Of a stretch of 64,000 nt of DNA, positions 63,181 to 64,000 are shown in pieces (within the stretch, counting starts at the first letter, position 1; the number at the start of each line of letters is the position of its first letter). The stretch is from Octopus bimaculoides (Eukaryota). The translations under genes and the position numbers were made by a program. A model generated the notes under the pieces. That model worked only from the letters and a program-made list of their open reading frames with translations. It ran no database searches and was not told where the DNA came from. The stretch covers positions 1,552,250 through 1,616,249 of the forward strand of contig NC_068986.1 in the NCBI RefSeq assembly GCF_001194135.2. Reading direction: 5' to 3'.

Positions 63181-64000
63181 AAGAAACCAGTGATCAGCCA
63201 AAAGTTTTCAATGAAAACATTTAGCAGTTTCGAAATATTTCACATTTTGGTGACTTTTGCTTAGAAATCCTGAACAGAGACAAAATATATTCAAATAATG
63301 AAGGCATGAAGAGACATCTAGTAGACTATGTTGTCATCTTACAATGATATGAGTTTGAGAGAGTTTTTGAGAAAAAAAATTCGGAAAATGTTCAGTTGAT
63401 GCTGATAAGAAAAATATTATCTTCCAATGTTCCAGCATCTCTTAAAGTTGCCTCACAAAGAAATGTTTGGAAAGAAAATATGACTTGTACATTTTTGTTT
63501 TTGTGGCAGACAAAATAAAAGAAGCAAAATAAACAAAGAAATCTGTTGGAAGGCTGTATGTAGATATCATCTATGTTTAATAAAACATGACAGACAGTTT
63601 CTTTAAGCAGCTGCCAATTGATTGTGTATTTCTTCAAGAGAAGTGATCAATTAGGACATCAACAGCAATACTTTTGGTAAGTAAATGTGACACGTGTATC
63701 TGGTGGGGGTGGTGGGGGTGGGGGTAAGTACAAAAACAAAAACAAGAAAAGAAGAGAAAAAAAGAAAAGAAAACTGCACAAACAGTGGGGGGGGGGAGAG
63801 TAATCTATATGAAATGTAGAATTACTAAATTATATTTATTGGAAACTTTCTTATCTTTGAACAATCATCTGAAGATCAAAAATGAGAAACTCAAAGTAAT
63901 AATTAGTGAAATTTTCAGCTTCTAATAAATATAATATAATATATATGTATATGCATGTGAGATCGTGTTTGTATATGTATGTATGTATGTATGTATGTAT

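Noticed and set aside
63703-63726. G-quadruplex-like G-runs
   Set aside because: Short simple repeat with no functional context; such runs are common in this DNA.

Overview
AT-rich, gappy animal genomic DNA. The repeat families look like those of a coleoid cephalopod, most likely Octopus; this is an inference from recognising the repeats and was not database-checked. I can support no intact host protein-coding gene, rRNA, tRNA or CRISPR array. Almost every supplied ORF is a microsatellite or N-gap artefact, so the window reads as intergenic DNA or part of a giant intron. It is tiled by: (i) several tRNA-headed SINE families (labelled A, B, C, E and F here); (ii) fossils of RTE, CR1, R4/Dong and Penelope-like (Naiad-like) retroelements; (iii) Tigger/Jerky-type pogo, mariner and piggyBac-like DNA transposon remnants; (iv) di-, tri- and tetranucleotide microsatellites and a 22-bp minisatellite with an internal inversion. 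The most interesting signal is a set of hammerhead-ribozyme motifs from three unrelated repeat families. One is a canonical type-I hammerhead at 15112-15203. One is a minimal hammerhead inside a tRNA-promoter SINE at 6693-6738, with a decayed sister copy at 54574. One is an A6U core variant at 51489-51525 on the minus strand. A Penelope-like RT fossil lies in the same window. Other items worth checking are a candidate recursive splice site, inverted SINE pairs that could be ADAR substrates, a structured RTE 5' module, and a 68-nt near-perfect hairpin.
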